Source of the DNA: Peptococcia bacterium
Lineage (GTDB): Bacteria > Bacillota > Peptococcia > DRI-13 > DTU073
DNA length: 64,000 nt
Reading direction: 5' to 3'
Assembly: GCA_050951585.1 (NCBI GenBank)
Contig: JBMNJI010000012.1
Coordinates: 1,556-65,555 of the forward strand
Position numbers and translations under genes: made by a program. Positions 9,574 through 19,668 of the stretch are shown piece by piece. Under the pieces are notes generated by a model. The model saw only the letters and a list, made by a program, of their open reading frames with translations. It was not told the origin of the DNA and ran no database searches. Within the stretch, counting starts at the first letter, position 1. Every line of letters starts with the position of its first letter.

Positions 9574-10935
9574 TTGGAAATAGCCGGAAAAAGAGTGCTG
9601 ATCATTGGCGCGGCCAGGAGTGGCCTGGCGGCGGCTCAATATTTAGCCGGGCGTGGCGCGCTGGTCAGCTTAAATGATCTCAAGAAGAGAGAAGAAATGG
9701 CTGAAGAGCAAATATTGTTACTGGAAAATCTGGGGATAGAATTGATTTTGGGGCGGCATGCTCAGGTTTCGCAAATGAGACCGGATTTTGTGATCGTCAG
9801 TCCGGGAGTGCCTTTTGAGGCGCCGCCGTTAAGGGAGGCAGAAAATGCCGGCATTCCGGTCTGGGGCGAACTGGAGTTGGCTTCCCGTTTGACGAAAGCA
9901 TCTCTTGTGGCAGTGACGGGCACTAATGGGAAGACGACCACAACCAGCCTGATTGGCAAAATATTTCTGGATGCCGGACGCAAGACCTTTGTCGGCGGCA
10001 ATATCGGCGTGCCCTTTGTCGGCAAAGCTCTGGAGCTGGGGCCGGAGGATCTGGCGGTGCTGGAGGTATCCAGTTTTCAACTGGCGGCAACGGAGACGTT
10101 TCATCCGCGGGTTTCGCTGATTCTGAACATTACCCCGGATCACCTTGACCGTCATCATACCATGAAGGGCTATATTGACGCGAAAGCAAAAGTATTTGCC
10201 AACCAAACAGCGGAAGATTTTTTAATTTTAAATAAGGATGATGAGGAAACGGCAAAATTAGCGTCCCGTGCACGGACGAACGTTCTATTTTTTAGCCGTA
10301 AACATATGCTAGAGCAGGGCTTTTATGTGGAAGACGGCTGGATAGTGGCAAAAGATGCGCGGCAAACGGTCCGTTTGGTGCAGATTGCGGAATTGCAGAT
10401 CAAAGGCGGACACAATGTGGAAAATGCGCTCGCCGCGGCAGCTGCTGGTTGGGTGATGGGCGTTGACAGGCAAAGCCTGGCCCACAGTTTGCGTACTTTT
10501 CAGCCGGTTGAGCACCGTCTGGAGCCTGTATTGACTCATCAAGGGGTGACCTACATTAATGATTCGAAAGGAACGAACCCTGATGCCTCCATTAAAGCGC
10601 TGGAAGCTTTTACTGAGCCGATTGTCCTCATTGCCGGAGGAAGACACAAGGGAAGTGATTTAGGGCCATTTGCCGAAAAAATCAAGGAACGGGTCAAAGA
10701 GCTTGTTTTAGTCGGGGAAGCGGCAATGGAAATAAATGAGGCGGTCAAAAAAGTGGGGTATACCCATATTCATATGGCGGACAGCTTTGCTGCTGCCGTG
10801 GAAAAGGCCAGCAATCTGGCCGAAAAAGGCGATATTGTGCTGTTATCGCCGGCGTGTGCCAGCTTCGATATGTTTGCCAATTTCGAGCAGCGCGGAGAAG
10901 TCTTCAAAGAGTTGGTGCATCAACTGGTGAGATGA
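9574..10935 (+). CDS. murD: UDP-N-acetylmuramoylalanine--D-glutamate ligase
   Basis: 453 aa with 'IIGAARSG', 'VTGTNGKTTTT' and 'NDSKGTNPDA'. TTG start. Confidence 0.92.
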   Translation: MEIAGKRVLIIGAARSGLAAAQYLAGRGALVSLNDLKKREEMAEEQILLLENLGIELILGRHAQVSQMRPDFVIVSPGVPFEAPPLREAENAGIPVWGELELASRLTKASLVAVTGTNGKTTTTSLIGKIFLDAGRKTFVGGNIGVPFVGKALELGPEDLAVLEVSSFQLAATETFHPRVSLILNITPDHLDRHHTMKGYIDAKAKVFANQTAEDFLILNKDDEETAKLASRARTNVLFFSRKHMLEQGFYVEDGWIVAKDARQTVRLVQIAELQIKGGHNVENALAAAAAGWVMGVDRQSLAHSLRTFQPVEHRLEPVLTHQGVTYINDSKGTNPDASIKALEAFTEPIVLIAGGRHKGSDLGPFAEKIKERVKELVLVGEAAMEINEAVKKVGYTHIHMADSFAAAVEKASNLAEKGDIVLLSPACASFDMFANFEQRGEVFKELVHQLVR

Positions 10936-10976
10936 GTAATGTGGATGGTAAGTTGGTTTATTGAGGTGATAATAGG

Positions 10977-12069
10977 ATGCGGTTTAAAAAGAAGGGGAGA
11001 CCTGATTTACTGATTTTTTTCGTGACCTTAATTCTCTTAGCCATCGGTGTAATCATGGTCTTTAGTGCCAGTTATTACGATACGTTGGAAAAGGACCCTT
11101 ACTATTATCTACGCAAACAGTTAACCTGGGCGTTTCTTGGCATTATTTTAATGGTAATTATGATGAAAATTGACTACTACCGCTGGAAGCCTTATATCGG
11201 GTTGGCTTTTGCGGCAGGGTTAGTTTTGTTAGTTGCCGTCTTATTTACGGAGCCGGTCAAAGGCTCTAAACGGTGGATTGATTTAGGATTTTCTGGTTTA
11301 CAACCTTCGGAACTGATGAAGCTTTGTATAATTTTTCTGATGGCGCATCGCTTAAGCAGACCCGGTACGGATATCAAAAAGCTGATTACCGGGGTAGGTC
11401 CTTATCTGGCTATATTAGGGTTGGTCGCATTCCTCATTATGCTGGAACCTGATTTGGGCACTACCTTGGCGATTGCCGGGACGGTGGGGATCATGTTGCT
11501 TGCCGCCGGCTTACGCCTTTCACATGCAGGGTTGTTGGTGTTTCTAGGGGTGGCCGGTGTCGTGGTGGCAATTTTGATGGACCCCACCCGCATGGCCCGG
11601 ATTACCGGCTGGTGGAATCCGTGGGCAGATACCGGCGATAAGGGTTATCAGATCATCAATTCCCTTTACGCCTTAGGCTCGGGTGGCTTTTTTGGCATGG
11701 GGCTGGGTAACAGCAGGCAAAAATTGGATTACCTGCCGGAGCAGAATACTGATTTTATTTTTGCTATACTGGGAGAAGAGTTAGGTTTTCTGGGCGCATT
11801 TCTGGTTGTTGTATTATTCTTCGTCCTGGCCTGGCGGGGTTACCGGATTGCGTTGACCTGTCCTGATTCCTTTGGCTGTTTGTCTGGCGGTGGGCCTCAC
11901 GACGATGATTGTTTTACAGGCCTTTATGAATATGGGCGTAGTATCGGGCTTAATACCCATCACCGGCATTTCGCTTCCGTTTATCAGTTATGGCGGTTCT
12001 TCTCTGCTCATCTCCATGATGGGGATTGGCGTTTTGTTAAATATTTCACGTTATACCCGGAATACATAG
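10977..12069 (+). pseudogene. ftsW: SEDS-family peptidoglycan polymerase FtsW/SpoVE, interrupted by an apparent 1-nt insertion near 11871-11875
   Basis: Frame A (10977 onward) is a normal SEDS protein up to '...RGYRIALTCPDSF', then turns non-membrane-like ('GCLSGGGPHDDDCFTG...') until 12182. The authentic C-terminus 'AVCLAVGLTTMIVLQAFMNMGVVSGLIPITGISLPFISYGGSSLLISMMGIGVLLNISRY' is in the +1 frame (11872-12069). Confidence 0.8.
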
Positions 12070-12174
12070 AAAAGGGAAACCTGACTGTCTGGTGCCGGCA
12101 GATTGTTGGACAAAGCTGCCGCATCAGGGCGGGGGAAAACGCCCCGGAGCAAGTGAGAAAAAGGGGAAGACAAG

Positions 12175-13335
12175 GTGGATAATAAGGTGGAAGATAAAAA
12201 TAAAAACGCGATACGGGTGATTCTGACCGGAGGTGGCACAGGGGGGCATATTTACCCGGCTGTAGCCATTGGGCAGGCCATCAGGCAGGAGTGGCCCGGG
12301 GCGGAAATCCTCTATATTGGAACAAAGCAAGGGCTGGAAAATAGAATTGTGCCGGAGGCTGGTTTCCCGCTGACCCTGATTGATGTTGAGGGTTGGCAAA
12401 GAAAAGTATCTCTGCAGGCCGTCAAGGCCGGTTGGAAAGCCCTCAAAGCCTTTGGCGCCGCCAGAGAAATCATCCGCCGTTTTTCACCCCAATTGGTCAT
12501 TGGGACAGGAGGTTATGTTTGTCTGCCGGTGGTTTGGGCCGCCTCACGCATGGGGATTCCCACCTTATTGCATGAACAGAATGCCTTGCCCGGGCTGACT
12601 AACCGTTTATTAGCAAACCGCGTCAATCAAATCTTACTTACGTTTGCCGCCGCGCAGCAGTATTTTCCGGCCAAGGCGCAAGAAAAACTGCAGGTCACCG
12701 GATTACCGGTCAGACCGGCGATCTTGCAGGTGACCAGGGAAGCAGGCTTACGGTTCTTCGGTTTAGCGCCGGAAAAGCTTACGCTGGTTTCGGTAGGTGG
12801 TTCGCGTGGGGCCAAAACCATTAATCAGGCCATGTTAGCTGTATGCCGTAAATATGCCGGTGACCCCGGGGTGCAGATCATTCATCTGACCGGGCAGTCT
12901 GGCCACGATGAGTTTACCGCAGAGTTGCAGTTAGCAGGAATAAATTGGAATAATAATGGGAATGTTATTATTAAACCTTATTTGCCTGAAATGGAGTATG
13001 CCTTGGCTTGCGCTGATTTATGCGTAGCCAGATGCGGTGCCGCATTTCTCGCGGAAATGACCGTACGGGGTATCCCCGGAATCTTAATTCCTTATCCCTA
13101 TGCGGCGGAAAATCATCAGGAATATAATGCCCGGGATTTGGTAGCCCAGGGGGCTGCCGAATTAATTCTGGACCGGGATTTAAGCGGAGAGACTTTATTG
13201 GCTAAGGTTGAGGAATTACTTCAGCAAAAGGCGAAGAGACAGTCGATGGCCGCAAATAGTTTGCGGGCCGGAAAACCTGAGGCCATGGAGAATATCTTAA
13301 AGATCATCAGACAGTATTGTCCGCCATGCCATTAA
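12175..13335 (+). CDS. murG: UDP-N-acetylglucosamine--N-acetylmuramyl-(pentapeptide) pyrophosphoryl-undecaprenol N-acetylglucosamine transferase
   Basis: 386 aa with the 'TGGGTGGHIYPA' N-terminal motif and 'GGSRGA'. Canonical dcw position. Confidence 0.9.
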   Translation: MDNKVEDKNKNAIRVILTGGGTGGHIYPAVAIGQAIRQEWPGAEILYIGTKQGLENRIVPEAGFPLTLIDVEGWQRKVSLQAVKAGWKALKAFGAAREIIRRFSPQLVIGTGGYVCLPVVWAASRMGIPTLLHEQNALPGLTNRLLANRVNQILLTFAAAQQYFPAKAQEKLQVTGLPVRPAILQVTREAGLRFFGLAPEKLTLVSVGGSRGAKTINQAMLAVCRKYAGDPGVQIIHLTGQSGHDEFTAELQLAGINWNNNGNVIIKPYLPEMEYALACADLCVARCGAAFLAEMTVRGIPGILIPYPYAAENHQEYNARDLVAQGAAELILDRDLSGETLLAKVEELLQQKAKRQSMAANSLRAGKPEAMENILKIIRQYCPPCH

Positions 13336-13545
13336 AGCAAAAATCCGTGAGATCGCGAATGGAACTGACGGGGAAAACCAGGGAATTTTGCGGAGCAACG
13401 CCGAAATATTTTTGGCGGGAGGACAAGCTGAAAAGCTACTGCCAGGCTCTTTTGTAACACCTTCACATTTGTTTGCATATATAGTAAACTACAGAGCTGA
13501 AAGAAGGAGGGTTGTGGCAGTAATAGAGAGGAGATGTATCCAGCG

Positions 13546-14958
13546 ATGCAGGAAAAAGAGATGATACATTTTATCGGGATAGGTGGGGCCGGAATGAGCG
13601 GGATCGCCCGCATACTATTAGAGCTAGGGTATGAGGTCTCCGGTTCCGATCTTTGCACTTCGGAAACAACCAGACGTTTGGAGCTTTTAGGAGCGAGGGT
13701 TTTTTTGGGGCATCATGCCGATCATGTCAATGAGGATCATACGACCGTGGTGATTAGTTCTGCTATTCCTGAAGAAAATCCGGAGGTGATTAAAGCCAAA
13801 GAATTAGGCATTCCTGTTCTGCAGAGGGCAGAAATGCTGAGCAGATTAATGGAGCGGCAACACGGTATTGCGATAGCCGGTGCACACGGGAAAACAACTA
13901 CTTCCTCCATTATTTCTTTATTGTTTGAGAAAAACGGATATGATCCGACGATTGTTTTGGGGGGAGAATTAAACGATATCGGAGGAAACGCGAAACTGGG
14001 GCGTGGGAAATATATCATTGCGGAAGCCGATGAGTCTGACGGTTCCTTTTTAAAACTATTTCCGCAAATTACGGTGGTCACAAATATTGAAGATGATCAT
14101 CTTGATCATTACGGGACAAAGGAGAATATCAGCGCGGCTTTTTATCAATTTCTTCTGCAAACGTCGGCGGACGGTTTTGCCGTTCTTTGTGCTGATGATC
14201 CGGGGGTAAAGGAGTTATTGCCGAAACTGGAAGGCAAGATGCGCATTCTCAAATATGGCTTGGACCCTGGTGCGGAGAATGATGCCGGTTATGATTATTT
14301 GGCCCGTGAGGTTAGGCTAAATCGCCTGGAAACGAGATTTCTGGCGGAAAGAGCAGGGGAGGTTCTGGGGGAGATAAAGCTTAGTGTTCCGGGCAGGCAC
14401 AATGTCTCCAACGCTCTGGCCGCGGTGGCGGTTGCCATGGAATGTGGTTTATCCTTTGCCCAAATTGCGGCGAGTATAGCCGAATTTCGCGGGGTGCACC
14501 GCCGTTTTGAAAAGATTGGGGAAGTAGACGGCGTGCATATTGTGGATGATTATGCCCATCATCCTTCTGAATTAAAGGCTACGCTGCAAGCAGCCCGCAC
14601 CGTGCAACCGAAGAGGATTGTCGCTGTTTTCCAGCCCCATCGTTATACCAGAACCAAGAATTTGCAAACGGAATTTGGCACGGCCTTTCGCGAGGCGGAT
14701 GTGTTAATCATGACCGGTATTTATCCGGCAGGTGAAAAGCCGATTGAGGGAGTAGGTACCGAGCTGATTATCGACGAAATTGTCAAGCAGACGGGACAGA
14801 AGGTGGAGTACATTCCCGAACGGGAGATGCTGGCGTCTCGCCTGGTGGAAATAGTCCAACCGGGCGATCTGGTCCTGACGCTCGGGGCCGGGAATATTTG
14901 TTCTACCGGAATGGAATTAAAAAGACTTTTAGAGCAAAGAACGATGAAGGTATGTTAA
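13546..14958 (+). CDS. murC: UDP-N-acetylmuramate--L-alanine ligase
   Basis: 'HFIGIGGAGMSGIA' and 'AGAHGKTTTSS'. The ORF is open from ATG 13534. ATG 13546 and ATG 13561 are better spaced from GAGGAG (13528-13533). Confidence 0.9.
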   Translation: MQEKEMIHFIGIGGAGMSGIARILLELGYEVSGSDLCTSETTRRLELLGARVFLGHHADHVNEDHTTVVISSAIPEENPEVIKAKELGIPVLQRAEMLSRLMERQHGIAIAGAHGKTTTSSIISLLFEKNGYDPTIVLGGELNDIGGNAKLGRGKYIIAEADESDGSFLKLFPQITVVTNIEDDHLDHYGTKENISAAFYQFLLQTSADGFAVLCADDPGVKELLPKLEGKMRILKYGLDPGAENDAGYDYLAREVRLNRLETRFLAERAGEVLGEIKLSVPGRHNVSNALAAVAVAMECGLSFAQIAASIAEFRGVHRRFEKIGEVDGVHIVDDYAHHPSELKATLQAARTVQPKRIVAVFQPHRYTRTKNLQTEFGTAFREADVLIMTGIYPAGEKPIEGVGTELIIDEIVKQTGQKVEYIPEREMLASRLVEIVQPGDLVLTLGAGNICSTGMELKRLLEQRTMKVC

Positions 14959-15012
14959 ACAGATAAGACAAAGAGCGAAAAGGTTTTTTAAGGTTTAGAT
15001 GAGGAGAGAGGA

Positions 15013-15939
15013 ATGGATACAGGAGTTTTTTATGAACAGCTAGCGGAGAGAAAATACGGACCGCTTTTCCGGGGAGTGCCTCTGAAAAATTATACTTCGT
15101 GGAAAATTGGGGGACCAGCGGATATTCTTTATTGCCCGCGGCATTACCTGGAATGTGCGGAAGTCCTGCAATTAGCCAAAAAGGCCGATATTCCGGTTAC
15201 CTTTCTGGGCGCCGGTTCAAATGTGCTGGTGGCCGATGAAGGGATTCGGGGATTGGTTATTCTGACGACCGAATGGCGTGAGCTAACCTGGGAAAGGTAT
15301 CGGGTGACAGCCGGGTCGGGAACGTTAATTTCCGTCCTCAGTCGTGAGGCGGCGGAGAGGGGTTTGACCGGCCTGGAGTATGCCGTGGGCATTCCCGGGA
15401 CCTTAGGGGGAGCGGTGATGATGAATGCCGGCGCATACGGTTATTCCCTTGCTCAGGTGCTTGAGCAGGTTAAGACACTGGATTTGGCAGGACAGTTGCG
15501 GGAATACACCCAAACGGAACTGGAGCTCGGGTATCGTACCAGTATTTTTAAGAAGAAGAAAGAACTGATTGTTGAAGCAACACTTTCCCTCCAGCCGGGG
15601 GACACTGACCAAATCAAAGAAACCATGAAAAGATACCTGCTTACCCGGCGGGAAAAACAGCCTTTGGAATTACCCAGTGCGGGGAGCGTTTTTAAGAATA
15701 CGGAGCGGGGAGCGGGGCGGCTTGTTGAAGCAGTTGGAGCGAAAGGATGGCGGGTCGGGAACGCCCAGGTTTCGGAAAAACATGCCAACTTTATTGTGAA
15801 TTTAGGGGAGGCTAAAGCGACAGATGTATTGCAGTTAATTGCGGAGGTGCAGGAAGCGGTCAAACGACAATTTAATGTGGAGTTGCAAACGGAAATTGTC
15901 CTTTTGGGTTTTGAAACGCATAGTTACACCGGGAGGTGA
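15013..15939 (+). CDS. murB: UDP-N-acetylenolpyruvoylglucosamine reductase
   Basis: 308 aa with the FAD-binding PCMH-type pattern 'LGAGSNVLV', plus 'AGSVFKN' and 'SEKHANFIVN'. Confidence 0.9.
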   Translation: MDTGVFYEQLAERKYGPLFRGVPLKNYTSWKIGGPADILYCPRHYLECAEVLQLAKKADIPVTFLGAGSNVLVADEGIRGLVILTTEWRELTWERYRVTAGSGTLISVLSREAAERGLTGLEYAVGIPGTLGGAVMMNAGAYGYSLAQVLEQVKTLDLAGQLREYTQTELELGYRTSIFKKKKELIVEATLSLQPGDTDQIKETMKRYLLTRREKQPLELPSAGSVFKNTERGAGRLVEAVGAKGWRVGNAQVSEKHANFIVNLGEAKATDVLQLIAEVQEAVKRQFNVELQTEIVLLGFETHSYTGR

Positions 15940-15945
15940 AAGCTA

Positions 15946-17217
15946 TTGGAGAAATTCGTGATTATTGGCGGGAACAGATTGTCCGGAACAGTGCGCGTAA
16001 GCGGAGGTAAGAATTCTGTTTTGACGATCTTGCCCGCTTGTCTTTTGTCTAACGGGGTTTGTACCCTGCATGACGTGCCGAAATTGAGTGACGTTTTTGT
16101 GATGAAGGAAGTCCTGGAGTGTTTGGGGGCGAAGGTGGAATTCTCCGGCAATACGATGGTGGTTGATTCTTCCAAAGTGAGTAACGTGGAGTTGCCTGAC
16201 CGGCTTACACGGATGATGCGGGCCTCCAATCTGGTGATGGGACCTTTGCTGGCCCGGTTTCATAATGTCAAATTAGCGTACCCCGGCGGGTGTTCTATTG
16301 GTTCGCGTCCGATGGATCAACATTTAAGAGGAATGAAAGTATTAGGGGCGGAGATCACGGAAAAGCACGGCTATATTGAGGCAAAAAGCACGGGTTTAAC
16401 GGGAAATGAGATTTGCCTGGATTTTCCCAGCGTCGGGGCAACAGAAAACATTTTGATTGCGGCAACTTTAGCAGATGGGGTGACGATCATTCGCAATGCC
16501 GCCAGAGAACCGGAAGTTGTTGATCTGCAAAATTTCTTGAATCAGATGGGCGCCAAGGTCAAAGGCGCCGGTACGGATGTCATCCGCATTGAAGGCGTCA
16601 AAAAGCTGGGTTCCGTTGAATATACGATTATTCCCGATCGGATTGAGGCCGGCACCTTTATGGTTATCGGGGCTATTACCGGCGGGGAGATTCTGATCAA
16701 GAACGTGATTCCCGAACACATTGAGGCGGTCATCTCGAAGTTAAGGGAGGCGGGAGTAGACATTGCGGAGAATGACCAGGAAGTATTAGTGCGGGGCAAG
16801 GGGAAAGCCCACGGGGTTGATTTTAAAACGATGCCTTTTCCGGGGTTCCCGACAGATATGCAGGCGCAGTTAATGGCCTTAATGGCCGTCTCGGATGGGA
16901 CCAGTATTGTCACGGAAACGATCTTCGAAAACAGGTTTAAACATGTTGACGAATTGCGGCGGATGGGTGCAGATATTAAGGTGGAAGGCCGGGTCGCCAT
17001 CATTAAGGGGGTCGATAATCTTAGCGGTGCATATGTGGAGACCAGTGATCTGCGGGCGGGCGCTGCTTTGGTAACGGCGGGGCTGGTTGCTGAAGGCGCA
17101 ACGGTACTGGATAAAGTTCATCTGATTGATCGCGGGTATGAGAATTTTGAACAAAAGTTAAGAAACTTAGGCGCACAGATTTTGCGGGTAAACGGTAACG
17201 GGATCAATAAGAGTTAA
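15946..17217 (+). CDS. murA: UDP-N-acetylglucosamine 1-carboxyvinyltransferase
   Basis: 423 aa with 'GGKNSVL' and the active-site region 'PGGCSIGSRPMDQHL'. The SD GGGAGGTGA overlaps the murB stop. Confidence 0.92.
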   Translation: MEKFVIIGGNRLSGTVRVSGGKNSVLTILPACLLSNGVCTLHDVPKLSDVFVMKEVLECLGAKVEFSGNTMVVDSSKVSNVELPDRLTRMMRASNLVMGPLLARFHNVKLAYPGGCSIGSRPMDQHLRGMKVLGAEITEKHGYIEAKSTGLTGNEICLDFPSVGATENILIAATLADGVTIIRNAAREPEVVDLQNFLNQMGAKVKGAGTDVIRIEGVKKLGSVEYTIIPDRIEAGTFMVIGAITGGEILIKNVIPEHIEAVISKLREAGVDIAENDQEVLVRGKGKAHGVDFKTMPFPGFPTDMQAQLMALMAVSDGTSIVTETIFENRFKHVDELRRMGADIKVEGRVAIIKGVDNLSGAYVETSDLRAGAALVTAGLVAEGATVLDKVHLIDRGYENFEQKLRNLGAQILRVNGNGINKS

Positions 17218-17227
17218 ATTTACTACA

Positions 17228-17475
17228 GTGCAACTAAGGCTTCTGCCTGCGCTCAAAGAGCTTGGCACAAGCCAAGTTTTCTTTAGCATAGCTCATAAGG
17301 ATGAGTCAAGGGTCATGCATAAGTGCAACTAAGGCTTCTGCCTGCGCTCAAAGAGCTTGGCACAAGCCAAGTTTTCTTTAGCATAGCTCATAAGGATGAG
17401 TCAAGGGTCATGCATAAGTGCAACTAAGGCTTCTGCCTGCGCTCAAAGAGCTTGGCACAAGCCAAGTTTTCTTTA
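17228..17475 (+). repeat. perfect 95-bp tandem repeat, ~2.6 copies, each with a terminator-like hairpin
   Basis: Unit starts at 17228, 17323 and 17418; copies 1 and 2 and the 58-nt third copy are identical by eye. Each unit contains CTTGGC-ACAA-GCCAAG followed by TTTTCTTT. Confidence 0.9.
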
Positions 17476-17530
17476 TTTTATAGTGGACAAGATTGCTCTA
17501 TTTGCTATAATAATTAGCAGGGAGTGGTAA

Positions 17531-18313
17531 ATGACGATGGTGGGGAATGAAGGGAAGGTAGTTTATATTCGAAAGGCGAGAAGGAAAAAGTTTTCCATGA
17601 TCGGTTTGGGATTATTTTTAGTATTCTGCCTGTCCTTATCGCTGTATTTTTTTCTTAATTCCGCTTTTTTCAATCTACGGAATATTGAGGTTACTGGCTG
17701 CCAAACAATACCAGAAAAACAAGTTATTGACCTGAGCGGTTTGGTCTTAGGGACCAATCTCACCCATATTGATACAAGCACCGCTATCAGTAAGATCGAA
17801 CTGCATCCTGTCGTCAAAACCGCGCGGATTTACCGCAGATTACCCCATACTATCCTGATCGAGGTTGAGGAGCGGGTCCCGGTAGCCTTGGTCGTGGGTG
17901 CCGGATGCTATTTAGCCGTGGATAGTGAAGGTGTTTATTTAAGAAAGGGAGAGGATTTATTAAATGAACTGACTTTACCGGTAATCAGCGGGCTGAAAGT
18001 CGAAGAGAACATCAGCCCGGGAGCTAATCTTACAACATTAGGTCTTTCGGCCGCTTTAACCTTACTTAAGGAAATGGACGAGACCTTTTTAAAGAATGTT
18101 GCGGAGATTAAGGCTGCTTCTCCCTATAGTCTGACCTTTAATATGTTACATGGGGTGGAGATCCGTTTTGGTGAACCGGAAGATGTTGATCGGAAGCTCC
18201 GTCTGATTAAGGAATTATTATTCGAAAATGGACAGGTGATTAATGATCAGACAGTAGAATATATCGATTTGCGCTACAACTCTTTACCGGTTATTAAGCG
18301 AAAAAATATTTAA
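17531..18313 (+). CDS. ftsQ: cell division protein FtsQ/DivIB (POTRA domain)
   Basis: 260 aa with an N-terminal TM segment ('MIGLGLFLVFCLSLSLYFFL'), then the POTRA-like 'IEVTGCQTIPEKQVIDLSG'. Lies immediately upstream of ftsZ. Confidence 0.8.
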   Translation: MTMVGNEGKVVYIRKARRKKFSMIGLGLFLVFCLSLSLYFFLNSAFFNLRNIEVTGCQTIPEKQVIDLSGLVLGTNLTHIDTSTAISKIELHPVVKTARIYRRLPHTILIEVEERVPVALVVGAGCYLAVDSEGVYLRKGEDLLNELTLPVISGLKVEENISPGANLTTLGLSAALTLLKEMDETFLKNVAEIKAASPYSLTFNMLHGVEIRFGEPEDVDRKLRLIKELLFENGQVINDQTVEYIDLRYNSLPVIKRKNI

Positions 18314-18447
18314 ATGAAAAAAAGGATTACCGAATACAATTGTGGAATAAGCATATGGAGAGTTATTTAAACTGATTCGCGGATTCGCTGGTCCGACAGG
18401 ACGTTTATATAAAAAATTTACCGTATATGAAGGAAAGGGGAATTTGT

Positions 18448-19503
18448 ATGCTGGAGTTTGAAATGGAGTCTTTGAACCAGTATGCCCAGATAAAGGTTAT
18501 TGGTGTAGGCGGCGGCGGAAGTAATGCTGTTAACAGGATGATTGACAGTGGTCTTAAAGGGGTCGAGTTTATTGCGATTAATACTGATGCGCAGGCTTTA
18601 TACACCTCCAAAGCGGAAAACAAGATTCAAATCGGGACAAAGTTGACCCGCGGATTAGGCGCCGGAGCCAACCCCGAAGTTGGACTTAAAGCGGCCGAAG
18701 AAAGCCGTAATGATATTGTTGCTGCTGTTAAAGGGGCGGATATGGTGTTCGTTACCGCCGGCATGGGCGGCGGTACCGGAACGGGGGCTGCTCCCCTTGT
18801 GGCCGAAGTGGCGAAAGAGATGGGGGCGCTGACTGTAGGTGTTGTCACCAAGCCGTTTACTTTCGAAGGGAGAAAACGGTTTGGACAGGCCGAGATGGGG
18901 ATTGATACGATCAAAGAAAAAGTTGATACGCTGATCGTTATTCCGAATGAGAAGCTGTTACAGGTAGTCGATAAAAACACACCGATTAATGATGCTTTCC
19001 GCATTGCCGATGATGTTTTAAGGCAAGGTGTACAAGGCATTTCTGATCTGATTGCGGTCCCCGGTTTGATTAATCTGGACTTTGCCGATGTCAAGACGAT
19101 CATGGAAGACACCGGGGCTGCTCTAATGGGGATCGGGATGGCTTCCGGCGAAAACAGGGCATCTGTTGCTGCCAGAACGGCTATATCCAGTCCTTTATTG
19201 GAAACCTCCATTGAAGGCGCCAGGGGTGTCTTATTGAATATTACCGGCGGGCCGGGATTAGGCCTCTTTGAGGTCAATGAAGCGGCTGAGATTATTGCGC
19301 AGGCGGCTGATCCTGATGCCAATATTATCTTTGGGGCGGTAATTGATGAGAGCATGGGAGACAATGTTAGAGTAACGGTTATCGCAACCGGTTTTGATAA
19401 AACACGGAAAGAAGCTATTTTAGAGCCGAATACGACTGCCAAACCGTTTAGTCTTGACGAACTAGAGATTCCGATTTTCTTAAGAAAAGCAAGAGACAAG
19501 TAA
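18448..19503 (+). CDS. ftsZ: cell division GTPase FtsZ
   Basis: '[13 protein letters not shown]' and the tubulin signature '[12 protein letters not shown]'. ATG 18448 follows GAAGGAAAGGGG; the ORF is open from 18427. Confidence 0.95.
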   Translation: MLEFEMESLNQYAQIKVIGVGGGGSNAVNRMIDSGLKGVEFIAINTDAQALYTSKAENKIQIGTKLTRGLGAGANPEVGLKAAEESRNDIVAAVKGADMVFVTAGMGGGTGTGAAPLVAEVAKEMGALTVGVVTKPFTFEGRKRFGQAEMGIDTIKEKVDTLIVIPNEKLLQVVDKNTPINDAFRIADDVLRQGVQGISDLIAVPGLINLDFADVKTIMEDTGAALMGIGMASGENRASVAARTAISSPLLETSIEGARGVLLNITGGPGLGLFEVNEAAEIIAQAADPDANIIFGAVIDESMGDNVRVTVIATGFDKTRKEAILEPNTTAKPFSLDELEIPIFLRKARDK

Positions 19504-19535
19504 GAGCTGGCTAATAACTGGGGTGAAAAGCTTAA

Positions 19536-19578
19536 GCAGCAAACTTCTTGGGAGGCAAAAGAAGTTTGCTGCTTTTTC
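19536..19578 (+). terminator. rho-independent terminator after ftsZ
   Basis: GCAGCAAACTTCTT ... AAGAAGTTTGCTGC forms a perfect 14-bp stem followed by TTTTT. Confidence 0.8.
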
Positions 19579-19668
19579 GTTATGAAAAAAAAGAGGATTT
19601 CTTTGGTGAAAGGAGTAATATCATATAGATACAGGTCTAATTAGAGAGTATGAGGAGGCATCTTGCAA

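Noticed and set aside
12070-12182. C-terminal extension of the 401-aa ftsW ORF (and the whole tail from ~11875)
   Set aside because: The tail is hydrophilic, Cys/His/Arg-rich and unlike any SEDS protein. The real C-terminus is in the +1 frame, and the tail overlaps the murG start region.
17228-17475. Tandem repeat considered as a CRISPR array
   Set aside because: The units abut directly with no unique spacers. The 95-bp unit length is far outside CRISPR repeat size, and no cas genes are present.
18627-19499. 290-aa ORF antisense to ftsZ
   Set aside because: It is an exact shadow of a very well supported gene. The product is low-complexity (S/A/P/T-rich) and there is no SD. Long antisense ORFs are expected opposite genes with this codon bias.
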